A DNA stretch of 64,000 nucleotides from Stegostoma tigrinum (taxonomy: Eukaryota), in NCBI RefSeq assembly GCF_030684315.1, contig NC_081378.1, forward strand, positions 34,396,252 to 34,460,251, in the 5' to 3' direction. Of the stretch, positions 12,065 through 23,700 are shown in pieces; the first letter of the stretch is position 1; each line of letters starts with the position of its first letter. Position numbers and translations under genes: made by a program. Under the pieces are notes generated by a model. That model was not told the origin of the DNA. It ran no database searches and saw only the letters and a list, made by a program, of their open reading frames with translations.

Positions 12065-15000
12065 GTCAGTACAATGAATGAATGCTTCTATGTTGTGTGT
12101 CTGTTTACTCCATATTTTGCAATACAGTAAATTGATGTGAATTTTTAGGTTTTTTAAAAATGCTGAAGGGAGACACTTTGCATAATTAATAGTTCAGAAT
12201 TCTTAGTTAAACTGTTAAACATTAATTTCAAAGTAATGTTATTCTTTTGTCATTATATTGGAGTTCTTGAACTAAAACATCATTTCAAAAAAAAAATATA
12301 AAGAAATTGTGCATAGCAGACCACGTTACTTTGATTAGTCTTTTATTAGCCCAAAATCTGACTTAACTACGTAGCTATCCACAGGCATTAGATAAAATGT
12401 AGCAAAATAGGGGATTGACAAGTCTGAAAGACTTGCATTTATTTACTGCTATCTTGTGAGCTACTGCTGTTTAGGGGTTTTACATTAGTGAAAAAAAAGT
12501 CAGCCAGAAATCTATGAATATAAATTAATTTACTGGCCTTAATACTGGCATAAGACGATCTCTAAAATTTTAAAAGATGCTCAGAAAACGGGAGCCAAAT
12601 TTTGAAACATTCATTCAATATGGCACACAATTAAATGCCTTCAATCCTAATAATATATAAACTTCTAATTATTTTGTAGGTTCATTCAAGATCAGAGGAG
12701 TAGCAAATCAGTTTTCCAAAAGAGAAACTGGGCACTTCATTACAATGTCAGCAGGAAATTACGGGAAAGCCTTTGCTTATGCTTTGAACCATTTTGGGCT
12801 TCGAGGAAAAGTACTAATGCCAGACACAGCACCAGCATCAAGGGCTGCCCTGATTGCTGTAAGCATGGGTATACATATTTGGTAACTTTGGAAAAGCCTA
12901 CATTTGAATTGAATCTAAACCTTTTCTGTAGCTAAAAAAGGACAAGAAAAGGCCGCTTAGCTGGAGGTAAAACAAGGATTTCCGAAGGTTTTGGAGTATA
13001 TCTGTAGCTCAGGTTGAGAGTATTGAGGTTGGTTGGCTTGCTGAGCTGGTTTGTTGTTCTGCAGACGTTTCGTTACCATGCTTGGTAACATCCTCAGTGC
13101 AGCCTCTGATAAAGCGCTGGTGTGTTTTCCACCTGGTTTTTAAACTCTGGGGTCCATTGCGATGGATTGCCTCACTTCCAGGTTTCCTCCACAGTGGAAC
13201 GTATATGGGGTTGAGTTCAATGTGTTTATTACTAGCCTGCTTCGTGGAGTGCCATGCTTCCAGGAATTTTCATGCTTGTCTCTGCCTAGCCTGTCCCAGG
13301 ATCTTGGGGTTGTCCCAGTTGAAGGCGTGGCTTTCCTTGTCCATGTGGATTGAGATGAGCGAGTATTGGTCGTGTCTTTTGTAGCCATTTGGTGTTCACG
13401 TACTCCCGTTGTTAGTTTCCTTCCTGTTTGTCCGATGTAGTGTTTCTCGCATTCTCTTCGGGGGATCTTGTAGCCGACATTGGTCCTGTCCATGGCAGGG
13501 AGTCTGTCTTTAGTTCAGGTGAGCACTTGTCATAGGGTTGACATGGGCTCGTGTGTGCCCCTCTGATGCCCAGCGGTCGTAGAAGCCTTGTGGTGAGTTC
13601 TGATGTGTTCCTGACACATTGTATTATGTTATCCATAACAAGTGTTCAACAATAATGGATATCCAAAGAACTGGGTCAGGTGATGCCTACAGGAACAGCA
13701 TCAGAAAGATTCTACCTGCCCCCACACACTCATCACACTATCCTATATCAGGTTACACTAAGTTACTTTTTTTTTTATACAGTCCAATCAAGCATAAGTA
13801 AAATCTAGAGAAGTTCACTCCTATTTAGCAGGCAAACCTCTGCAATTTCAATTTCAGGGATAGAAGCACATTTGTTTCTCTTAGATGACGAGGTGTAGAG
13901 CTGGATGAACACAGCAGCCCAAGCAGGATCAGAGGAATAGGAAGGTTGACGTTTTGGACCGAGACCCTTCTTCAGAAATGGGGGACAAGTTCTCCAGCAT
14001 CTGCAATTCCTATGGTCTCTGAAACAATTTAAACCCCGCTGCGAAGCCTCTTCTAAAAGGAGGCCTACCTTGAAGAAGTTACCCTCCTCCTTCTGGAATC
14101 CCCTTCCTCTCCCCCCATTTCTGAAGAAGGGTCTAGGCTGGAAACATCAGCCTTCCTGCTCCTCTGATTCTACTTGGCCTGCTGTGTTCATCCAGCTCTA
14201 TACCTTGCTATCTCAAATTCTCCAGCATCTGCACTTCCTACTATCTGTTTTTCCCTATACCAGTTTGACTTTCACTAAGTTGGCAGTTGCAAACAAACTC
14301 AACATGAAGGACAAGACTTTAATTAGCATCTACACAAAGCAACAAGTAATTCACATTGATCAGTCTGTAGCAATACAGCATTAGTTGGTGCTATTGCCAC
14401 AGCTGTGGCTGGGGCTATTCAAAGGACGAAAGAAACTCAAGTTCTACATCCTTAAAGCAGTTCCATGATATCCTAATCCTAGAGCAGGATTCCTGAATTG
14501 GGCAGAGAATTCACGTCGGCACTGCAAAAAGCAGACTGTTAAGAGTCACCCCAAGCTACAAAGAAACCGGAATGCTGAAAGTAAAGTAGACAGCTGCCGC
14601 TAGATACTAGAAAATTGCTTTAATCTTAAACCACATCACAGTCGTCTCAATACATAACCACATGGAGCCCGAGGAACACAGCAGTCCAGGCAGCATCAGA
14701 GGAGCAGGAAAGCTTATGTTTTGGGTTGGGACCCTTCCATGAAAGCAAGTCTGGCTGCAAAGTATTTCTAACACCTGGAGTATTTTGGTTTCAGTTTAAG
14801 TCCTGATTTCTGTTCCATTGCAGCTTTAACAAAATACAAGTATGTTGAAATAATGCATTGAAAAGTGGTAGCTCAGCTCTTGCAAAATATTTGTGACTAG
14901 ATAGTCTTCATCTGCTTAACGGCAAATATCTTGAAAAGATATATTTAAGAACTCCAAATTGTCAAAATAGTTTCTTAATTAGGAAAAATCGGATTTTCTC

Positions 15001-16789
15001 TCCGGGTATCTGAATGAGTTGAATAAAAGACAGTTTAAATCATCTCAATTGTATTCATAAAATGAAATGTATCACTACGAACATATTAGACTCAGCTTTT
15101 TAAAAGTAAAAAGATTCTTTGCAAGTGATGTAATTTCTAAAAACAAGGGTCACAAGTTAATTGAGTGTTTAATCTCTTCACAGGTCTTAATAAATGGTAG
15201 AAGTATTCTTCACTAATGTCATTGATAACTACTACGTTTGAATCTTGTACATTTTTATGATCACAATCTAGAGTTATGGTGTAGAAGTTGAACAGATGCC
15301 AACCAAGTTATTATTGCCTGTTGTGGAACAATTTGTTAAGGATCAGAAAATGAGTTTCTTACACCCTTTTGATGACATGGATTTGATTGCTGGCCATGGA
15401 AGGTAAAAATCCAATTCCTATCATTAACTTCACCTAGAAAGACACTTCTTGAAATCTTGAAATTTACTGCATTGCATCAAAGCAAAGGAGGCATTCTCAC
15501 TCAACCCATAGAAGTGGCTATATGGAGTCTAGTTGTCCTCAACCAGACAAGTCTAACCTTTACATGGTCTCTTTAAAAGATCATACCCAACCCAAGTTAC
15601 TTTATTCCATTAGTCAGAGACTTCTTCATCTAAGCTGCATTCAGGTTATCTTGAAAAAAAGTGACAATTCTACACCGAAAAGAGTGATTGTTTAGTAGAT
15701 CATGTCCAACTTTTGGTGCTAACTGCTTAGTACGTGATTTCACAAGTCTCATTTTATACACAAGAGCAACTGTTGTATTGAATGGATTTAAACATCATAC
15801 ATACTGGCAAAAGATAGAAGATGAAGCTACCAAAATGAGAACATGTTTCAATAATTAGCATAAATGACTGGTGCAAATATTAACAGTTTCGTTCAAAAAC
15901 ATTAAGACAAAAACTACTGATCAAAATCTAAAATATCTCTTCTTTTACGTGTTATTAGTGTTGGTCTAGAAATTCTTGAAGAAATCCCATATCCTGATGT
16001 TGTGGTAGTTTCTTGTGGAGGTGGTGGCTTGCTTGCAGGCGTGGCTGCTGCCATCAAACTATCTGGCTGTACAACCACAAATGTATATGGAGTGGAACCA
16101 AGAGGAGGTAAACTATACAGAAACACAGTTTAATTTAGTACCAGTTTTAAAGACACCAACTTCACCATTTATTCTTGATCATCAGCTTGTACCATGTACA
16201 GAAGTTTTAATGAAAATAAACCAGTATTTATGGATGCAAACAGCATTGCCACAGGGCTTGCTCCTCCATTTGCAGGTGAGTGGAAAAGAAATATACAGCT
16301 CTAGTTTCTGATGGAGGTTAAACAAAAAAAAGTCAGATTGCAAAAAGCAAGTTGTTGGAGATTGGAAATTGTAAACAAATACTGTATTTAATAAAGTACA
16401 AAAGATCTGGTTGTTAAAAGAAATCAGGAGAGACTGCCAGAAAACCAGTTCAGGGCATCAAAACTCAAAGCAACAACAGAAAAATAAAATATTTTATATG
16501 CCAGTAACATAAATATTCATCAGGGTCTTTCAAATTCTATTTTGCAATAGGTTCAAAATCATTCCAGATTTGCAGACAACATGTGAAAGAAATCCTATTG
16601 GTATCAGATGATGAAATAAAAGCAGCAGTTTCCATGCTTTACAAAATTGGTCTGGTTGTGGAACCCTCAGGAGCAGCTGCTTTTGCTGCTATTGTAGGAG
16701 AGAAGATCAGACTTAAAGGAAAGACTGCAGTGGTCATAATAACTGGAGGAAACATCAGTCCTGAAGAGCTTTGTCATATTGTTCATTAA
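11890..16789 (+). CDS. Serine racemase / serine-threonine dehydratase-like PLP enzyme (fold type II), 6 coding exons, 320 aa
   Basis: Exons 11890-12064, 12680-12858, 15272-15402, 15959-16107, 16186-16275, 16551-16789 total 963 nt, are all GT-AG and have consistent phases. Motifs: LKLENMQTTGSFKIRG (PLP Lys), MSAGNYG, HPFDD, SCGGGGLLAG, VEP, EPSGAA, ITGGN. Confidence 0.95.
12680..12858 (+). CDS. SRR-like coding exon 2
   Basis: gtag|GSFKIRGVANQF...MSAGNYGKAFAYA...AALIA|gtaagc. Confidence 0.95.
12990..13750 (-). mobile_element. Penelope/Poseidon-type PLE 3' fragment (GIY-YIG) with inverted 5' piece
   Basis: ORF 13140-13493 [25 protein letters not shown]; hammerhead at 13059-13102; 13640-13750 is upstream element sequence on the plus strand. 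Confidence 0.85.
13059..13102 (-). ncRNA. Minimal type I hammerhead ribozyme in a PLE pseudo-LTR
   Basis: CUGCA CUGAGGA U GUUACC aagcau GGUAAC GAAAC GUC^UGCAG: complete core, 5-bp helix I, 6-bp helix II, palindromic ACGU in place of helix III. Confidence 0.8.
13883..14246. mobile_element. Composite of inverted and direct Neptune-type pseudo-LTR fragments
   Basis: Minus-strand copy 13883-13985 followed by plus-strand copies of the same terminal sequence. Confidence 0.7.
15272..15402 (+). CDS. SRR-like coding exon 3
   Basis: ctag|SYGVEVEQ...FLHPFDDMDLIAGHG(S)|gtaaaa. Confidence 0.93.
15959..16107 (+). CDS. SRR-like coding exon 4
   Basis: ttag|VGLEILEE...SCGGGGLLAG...YGVEPRG|gtaaac. Confidence 0.95.
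16186..16275 (+). CDS. SRR-like coding exon 5
   Basis: tcag|CTMYRSF...SIATGLAPPFA|gtgagt; preceded by a 78-nt intron. Confidence 0.93.
16551..16789 (+). CDS. SRR-like coding exon 6 (stop)
   Basis: atag|SKSFQICRQHV...VVEPSGAAAFAA...ITGGNISPEELCHIVH-TAA. Confidence 0.95.
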
Positions 16790-17362
16790 TGGAAAAAAAA
16801 ATTGTCACACGATTACAATGAAAACTAGGTAAACAACAACAGATCTAAAATTTATACATAAATGGACTAGAGAATCATGATATGTCATATTGAGTTCAGT
16901 AAATAGTTAAATTGAAACATTTGAGTTTTGTTCTCCAATGGCTGTAGTGGAAAAATACAAGAACCACACTAGTTTGTAATTTTGTTTCGCCCAACCACCT
17001 CCCCACCCTTTTTAAAAAAAAGCATGTAACTCATCTTTTATAATTTAATCTAGTCCGTTAAATGTCCTACAATACTTGTATTTTAACACAAGATAGTAAT
17101 CAAATATAGCCTGTATAAAATATTGACTTCTGCGACTTTGTCCGATTATTTGAATTCACCAAAAAAAGTGAGCAACATTGTACAAAATCCCCTGAAAGTT
17201 TCTTTGGAACAATTTTTAGCAAATTGGTACCTTAGAACTGAACTCTGGTTTTGTTGTTACAGCTTTGACTGTTGAAATAGTTTAAAAAACAAACTTGCAC
17301 AGCAAATGGGAAGGGGCATCAATTCTGAAAAGAGTACACATTGACATTTCAAATTTTTCCTC

Positions 17363-17400
17363 TTTATTCATTTAATTAGCCTTTCAATTATTAAAATAAA
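17363..17400. terminator. Candidate polyadenylation signals of the convergent GTSE1 (minus, 17363-17368) and SRR-like (plus, 17395-17400) genes
   Basis: TTTATT and ATTAAAATAAA about 30 bp apart between the two stop codons. Confidence 0.55.
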
Positions 17401-17664
17401 TCAAAGTAAATCTACCAGGAAAACATGACTTTAATGATGGCATTTACATTTTAATATTAATTGTGGTCCAAAAGACATTTTTAGTAATCCAGAAGAACAA
17501 AATGTCAGACATTATTTCAGTTCATCCATGGACTTTAGAGAAAGTGGGAAAGTGTAGACTTATAGTAAAAGTAAATAAACAATAAGAACAAAACAGTTTG
17601 AACAAGATTAAAACAATCTTATGACAGTATAGAGATGTAGCTATTAACAATTAAAAAGACACCT

Positions 17665-17751
17665 TTAAAACTTCAGTAAAGGAGAGTCCAAATTCACATT
17701 TTCCTTATTGGCAGGGCTCAACATAATCAGCGGAGAGTTGAAATCTATAAG
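17665..17751 (-). CDS. GTSE1: GTSE1 terminal exon
   Basis: LIDFNSPLIMLSPANKENVNLDSPLLKF-TAA, close to the human C-terminus. Confidence 0.95.
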   Translation of the reverse strand, partial: LIDFNSPLIMLSPANKENVNLDSPLLKF

Positions 17752-20700
17752 CTGAAATTGAAATGGTTTTACTTTTAACAAAATATACAATCAACATAGA
17801 ATCTTAGAGCACAAAATGAAGCTGTTCAGCCTGTAACAAATCTCAGGAAGAACCATCCAAGTGAATCCTTTTCCCTGTAATCCTGCAAATAGTATTTAAA
17901 TACGTCTAGTTGCTATTTGAAAGCTCCTAGGAATTAAAATCCACCATTTCCTTCAGGTATCGTGTTCCAGAACACAACTATCTTTGTGGGGAAGGGAGAG
18001 GAGACCCCAATTTTTCCTGTAATTTAAACCGGAGACTTTTATTTATGCAAGAGGAAGTAGTGTTTCTACTTGTTTTAATCAACAACCTCTCAAAACTTTG
18101 GATACTTTAAAATCATTGTCACCAATGAGAACAATCACAGGCTCCTTGATACAAGAATGGGAAATCCACACTATTTTCTCCAAGAGCTAAATATTGCTCC
18201 CAAAATGTGGTGTACAGAGTTGAACACAAGGCTGCTGAGGCTCAACCAGTGGGCCTCCCATCGACAAAGTTATGTATCCCACATAAATTGATTAGAATTA
18301 TCAGATCACACTTCAAAAAGTGTACTAAAAACAAGAGTATAGCCCCAGGCCCTTTTGATCTTCAAACCTTTTAAAAATCTGCCCATGCCAAATTGCTGTT
18401 TACAATGTTGCCAAGCTTAATGTCATGGTACTCTTCAGACTCAAGTCCAGGCTATCTTAAACAAAAGTAATGGTCATGACGCAGATTTCTGGCAAATCCA
18501 GCATCGATTTCTCTCTGGTGGAAAAACAAAATCTGTTCACCATATGCTCTGCCACTTATCCTTTAGTGAATTATGTATTGGAGGTTACCATTCGTTATCC
18601 CTTTAATCCCCAATGCCGTGGTTTTGAAAAGTTGAACTTTGTTCTACTATATCAAATCTTCCTAAACACTGTAAATATATCCACAACATTATATTACCCA
18701 ATCCTGTTGTTAGATCATTCGGACAAAAGCTACTTAAATGAATGTTGGCAGTGACTCATTCACCCATATTTCTCTAAGTGTCAATTTTGTCCTTGATGGT
18801 GGCCTCTAGCAGCTGTCATACTAAAGACAATGGATTGGCCATCTCGTAGTTACCAGGTTATTCTTTTTGATTTGGGTGTTAGATTTGCAAGCCTGTAGTT
18901 ATTTGGGAGTTCCATACACGGAAGATTAAACAGTGGTGAATGGAGTCTCTGCTATTCCATCTTTGCTTCCCTTAACATCATATGGTGCAATCCATCTGGA
19001 TAAGATAACTTGTTAACTTAAGTGATACAAACTTGTTCATCACCTCTTTTCTATCAATTGCTATTCTGATTAATGTCCTTTTTTGCCTCCTGTACTACAT
19101 TAACTTCATCCTATGTGAAGACAGATGATCAGTACCTTAGTTATATCCTCTGCCTCCACAAGATTTCAATCCTCATCATGTTGTAAGACAACTGCTTTCT
19201 TTTCCAATATTAATGGCAAGATTGCACATGCAGGGCACAGATTTCGAGATTCACAGATAATGCAAAATTTGACAGAATTGTAAATAAGGTGTATAGTGAC
19301 GGCCATGCTGATGAAATGAACATATATATGGCAGCTGAAATTTAACACACAGAAGTGTGTAGTTGTACATTGAGAGTAGGAAGAATAAGGATAGGCAATA
19401 TAAAATGAAGGACATCGTTCTAAGAGTGGGTGCAGCATCAGGAGGTGTGGTGATTTTTATTGTCAACCAATTATGGAACAAGCTTCAGCAGGTTGAAAAA
19501 GCAGTTGTCATAAGGGATAATGGACTTTTAAAAAAGTATAAAGAACAGTCATATTATGCTGAACCTTTACACCTTAAATCTTTTCTGTATCCAGTTAAGA
19601 CAATGCTTCCAAGGATGAAAGTTTAATTTGAGGATAAACTGGCAAAGCTGAAAAAATGTTTCCCTTTTGGATGTGAAATTTGAGGAGATCCAAAAGAGAT
19701 GCTCAAAACCATGACAAATCTGCACAGAATTGACAAAGACACTGCTGCATTGGCATAAGGGAAGTAATAAAGAGCAAAGACATTTTATGCAACAAGTGGT
19801 TAAGATCTAGGATGCAAAAGTGCAGAGAAGACACATTCAAATCATGGTTTTCAAAAGGAAAGTGGATAACTATAATAGAGAAAGTCGTCACCCATGGGGT
19901 AAAGATGGAGGAATGGAACAAGCGGAATTGTTCTTGGAGAGCCAAGATGCAATAAGACAAGTGACCTCCTATTGTTTTTTCCCTACTTTAAATTTATCAG
20001 GTGTAAAAATAAACATTTTGTATATTGTGTCTGGATGACCATCACTTCTCCTTATGGAGATGTTTAGACTGTATTCAAATCAACTATCATCTTGAGAAGC
20101 CTGCCATTTGTCACATTTCCTTTGTCAGTTTGTTTGCAATCTACTAAATCATTGGGTATTTTCACCTTTATTTTTGTCCTTTTTAGAAATATCACAGGAA
20201 ACCCACTATTAGGATCATTCCCTAGATGTTTTCTCATGAAAGATATCGCTTACTTCATTTTTAGATCTAGAGTCATGACTGGTTCTTTCTGTACCGAGCT
20301 AGAAATGTAAAACCCCCACCATTTCTTTTGATTCCGATTTCCACCTCACAGTATCCAAAAGAAGGTTTAGTTCCATCTTTAAGTCATATTCTCTACTCTA
20401 ACCACTATAAACATACCACATGGCAAGTACTTCTTGTTTTAAAAAAACCTTACTTAAACACACTCACATTAATAAGCATTGGTGACATCTTGCTAGTTTG
20501 TTGCTTTAATGCACCATCTCAATTCTCACTATACACTTGCAGTTTATTGTCATTTGCCCTTTCTATTTTATTATGTACTTTATCTGTCTATAGTGAGCAC
20601 TCCATCTGTTTAGTTATTTTGTCTCCCCTGCCCTGCGAAGATGGTTGTGAAAGAGGCAGAATTTAAACTTTGGCCCCAGCCAAACTATTCAATTTGTACA

Positions 20701-23700
20701 AGTCCTGCCTACACCAAGAATTCTTTCCCTCGATACATTCTCCAAATAGACATTCAGCAAAACTATCCTCCTCACTAACATTCAAAAGTATTCCAGAGAA
20801 TACTATCTTTGATATCCCTGACTCCTAAAACACTGCATATATAGAACCTTAACACTTTTCCTATCCATTTTACTGGCTGGAAGGTGGTGCCATTGCAGGT
20901 TGGAATCCATATTGAAACCAACGAGAAAGCAGTTAACATTTCAGGTGAAAGGGGATTAATGACAACATGGTATTTTATTATTTTTTAAACAATAGACATA
21001 CTATTTTTATAAGTTATCAGTATGACATTTAATAAATTAACTGCTTTAGGCAATCTTGTTGTCTATATCTGTTAACATGAAGCTGAGTGGCTTATCTGCC
21101 AGCCATTTATATGTATTTCTACGGGTTGACAAAGCACAAGTTAACATTATCTGCTTAGATCACAAATTAAAATTATAACAAATCTTTGTGTGCTGATTTA
21201 GAAGTTAGAAGTTAGGAGTAACTCTAAAGTTCTGATCCACCAAATCCAAAATTAGTCAAACTAGCAAGTTTTAAAATAAAAAAATTAGGCACAAATAGAA
21301 AGGCATTTCCAGCTTTTTGAACTCAACTATCATTCAGATACCCCTAGAATGGTAAGTATTAAAGTTCACAGTTAAGTTTATCCTTGCTGAAATAAGCTAA
21401 CCAACTGAAAATAACTTACCGTCTCAGGAGCCTTCATTGGTGCAACTCTGTTTATTTCAGGAGTATTTGAGAGATCAATAAGTGGACGGTCTTGAATTTG
21501 CTTATTTTTTGTACCTTCAACAGTGAAATTCTAATGGAAAAAACAATTTAAAAAAAAGGAATTATGGTACTGGTTCCGTTCAATCAATAGATACCAAGCA
21601 GTTACAAAAATGTTTTCCATTAAAAATGTCCTGTCAACTAGATGACTAGTGCAGCTAAAATATTGATAGCTAATTCATCGTAAGTGGAAAATACAGCCTA
21701 TCCAAAAGATATTTAAAACATTCTAAATCTCATTCTCTTCCTAATAAATAGACTGTAAGCCTGAGTTTATAACTAGTAGAAGCTATATCATATACTCATG
21801 GTCAGGAAACTGGGGATAAAGACTTCTTTGTCAGACTGGCGATTTGTGACCAAGTGGGCTCCAACCACAACTGTTTTCAACATATATATAGGTCAAGTGA
21901 GTGAGTGGGAAAATGTGGAAAAAAGTGTTGAAGTTGTTAATTATGGAACAAACTCATGTACAAAACAAAGCTAGTTCAAAAGATGCAGCAGTCAATCAGG
22001 AAGACTAACATCTGTTAGCCCTTATTTCAAGGAAGTTGAAGTCTTACTGCAACTGCACAACATGCTAATGAGACCTCACCTGGAGTAGAGACTGCAGTTT
22101 TGGTCTCCTCATCTAATGAAAGGATGTTATTTCATTGGAGGCAGTTCAGAGAAGGTTCATGAGGATGTTTGTGATGTGGATAGTTTGTCCTATGAGCAAA
22201 GATTAAACAGGCCGGGTCTCCTCCTTGGAATTTAGATGAATGAGAAGCGATCTCACTGACACGTTAGAATTTTTAAGGCTTGACAGGATAAATCAAGATG
22301 ATGCTTCTCTCATGGGAGAGTCTGAGAATTTAAGAATGCCAATTTAAAACAAAGATAAAGAAAGAATTTCTTCTGAGGGTTGTGTCTCTTTGGAACTCTG
22401 CAGCCATCACCCCCTCTCCTCCAGCTCTCTCTGGCAAAGAGTCCTTGTATAATTTTAAAAGATGGAGAGATTCTTGATGAGCAGGGGAATCCAAGGTTAC
22501 AGGGAAAGTGCGGGAAAGATCAACCATGGTCCAATTGGATAGTGGAGCAAACTCAAGGGGCCAAATGGCCCACTCTGTTCCCACTTCTTATGGGCAAGTA
22601 ATCACGGGCTTGGAATGATAATCCAGAGAACTAAAAATGTAAATTAGAAAAAAAGTGATGACAAAGTTGTTAAATTGCCATAAAACACCAATGGGTTCAT
22701 TGATGTCCTTTAGAGAGAAGGGACCCTACCAGTTTTGGTCAGAATGTGCACGTTCCCACATGAAAATCGTTGACTCCCTTTTGAAGTGGCCTCACAGCAG
22801 CACTAATTAGTCAATGACAGCAGATAAATTCACCCCCACAAAAACTATCAATGAGAGAAAAATCACCTCAATACATGTAACTATTGGAATTGGGGTCAAT
22901 AACACAAATCGACCCCGACCACACAAACTACTCAAAATGTTTGCAGCACATGGACCAAGTGGGCAAAACACAGTCTGTTTTCTTCTGTACTTTCTATCAC
23001 ACAACTAAATGTGTCATGATATAAAAATATTAAGAATTGATCTTTGAATTTGTTCATCTTATTTAACACCTGGGATTTTCATGGATTGAAGTGGTTTAAG
23101 TGAAGACAAAATGGCCTCACAGGCATCACCTGACCCAGTTTGGTTAGGTTTCATAAAACAAACATGGGTTGCACAAAATGTAGTCGGAGCAGACAAGGAA
23201 TATACAACCAACTGCTATTACTTTGGCAGAGCAGGAAAATGCATTTTAAACTGCAGAACAGAAACAGGCCCAACAATACACTGTCCACGAAGACAAATGC
23301 TGGTTTCCATGATACTAGCACAAAACTAAGAACTTAAGATAACTGCAATATTTGCTATGGTGTACAGTCCACGAACTCAACTAACTAATCACGGACTCAG
23401 TTTTAAATTATCATTGAACAGCACTCAGTTATGTCTTTATCTTTCTTTTATATCAGACACTTATTGTGGTGTACACAGCACTCACTGTATTTATTGTATA
23501 TTCCTACCTCCTTGCTTTGAGGCTCAGTTGGGTGCTTTAAAGCTTTTTGTGGTTTATCAGGAGAGAAGTCTAGAACACAAGGAATCAGGGATGGAGACAG
23601 ATCCTCTTCAGAAGACTCAGATGAGCAAAGGCCCTCTGGCTTTCTCAATGTCTGTTCCCTATCAAGGCAAAACAGTTAATGGCAACAGACTGTAAATTGA

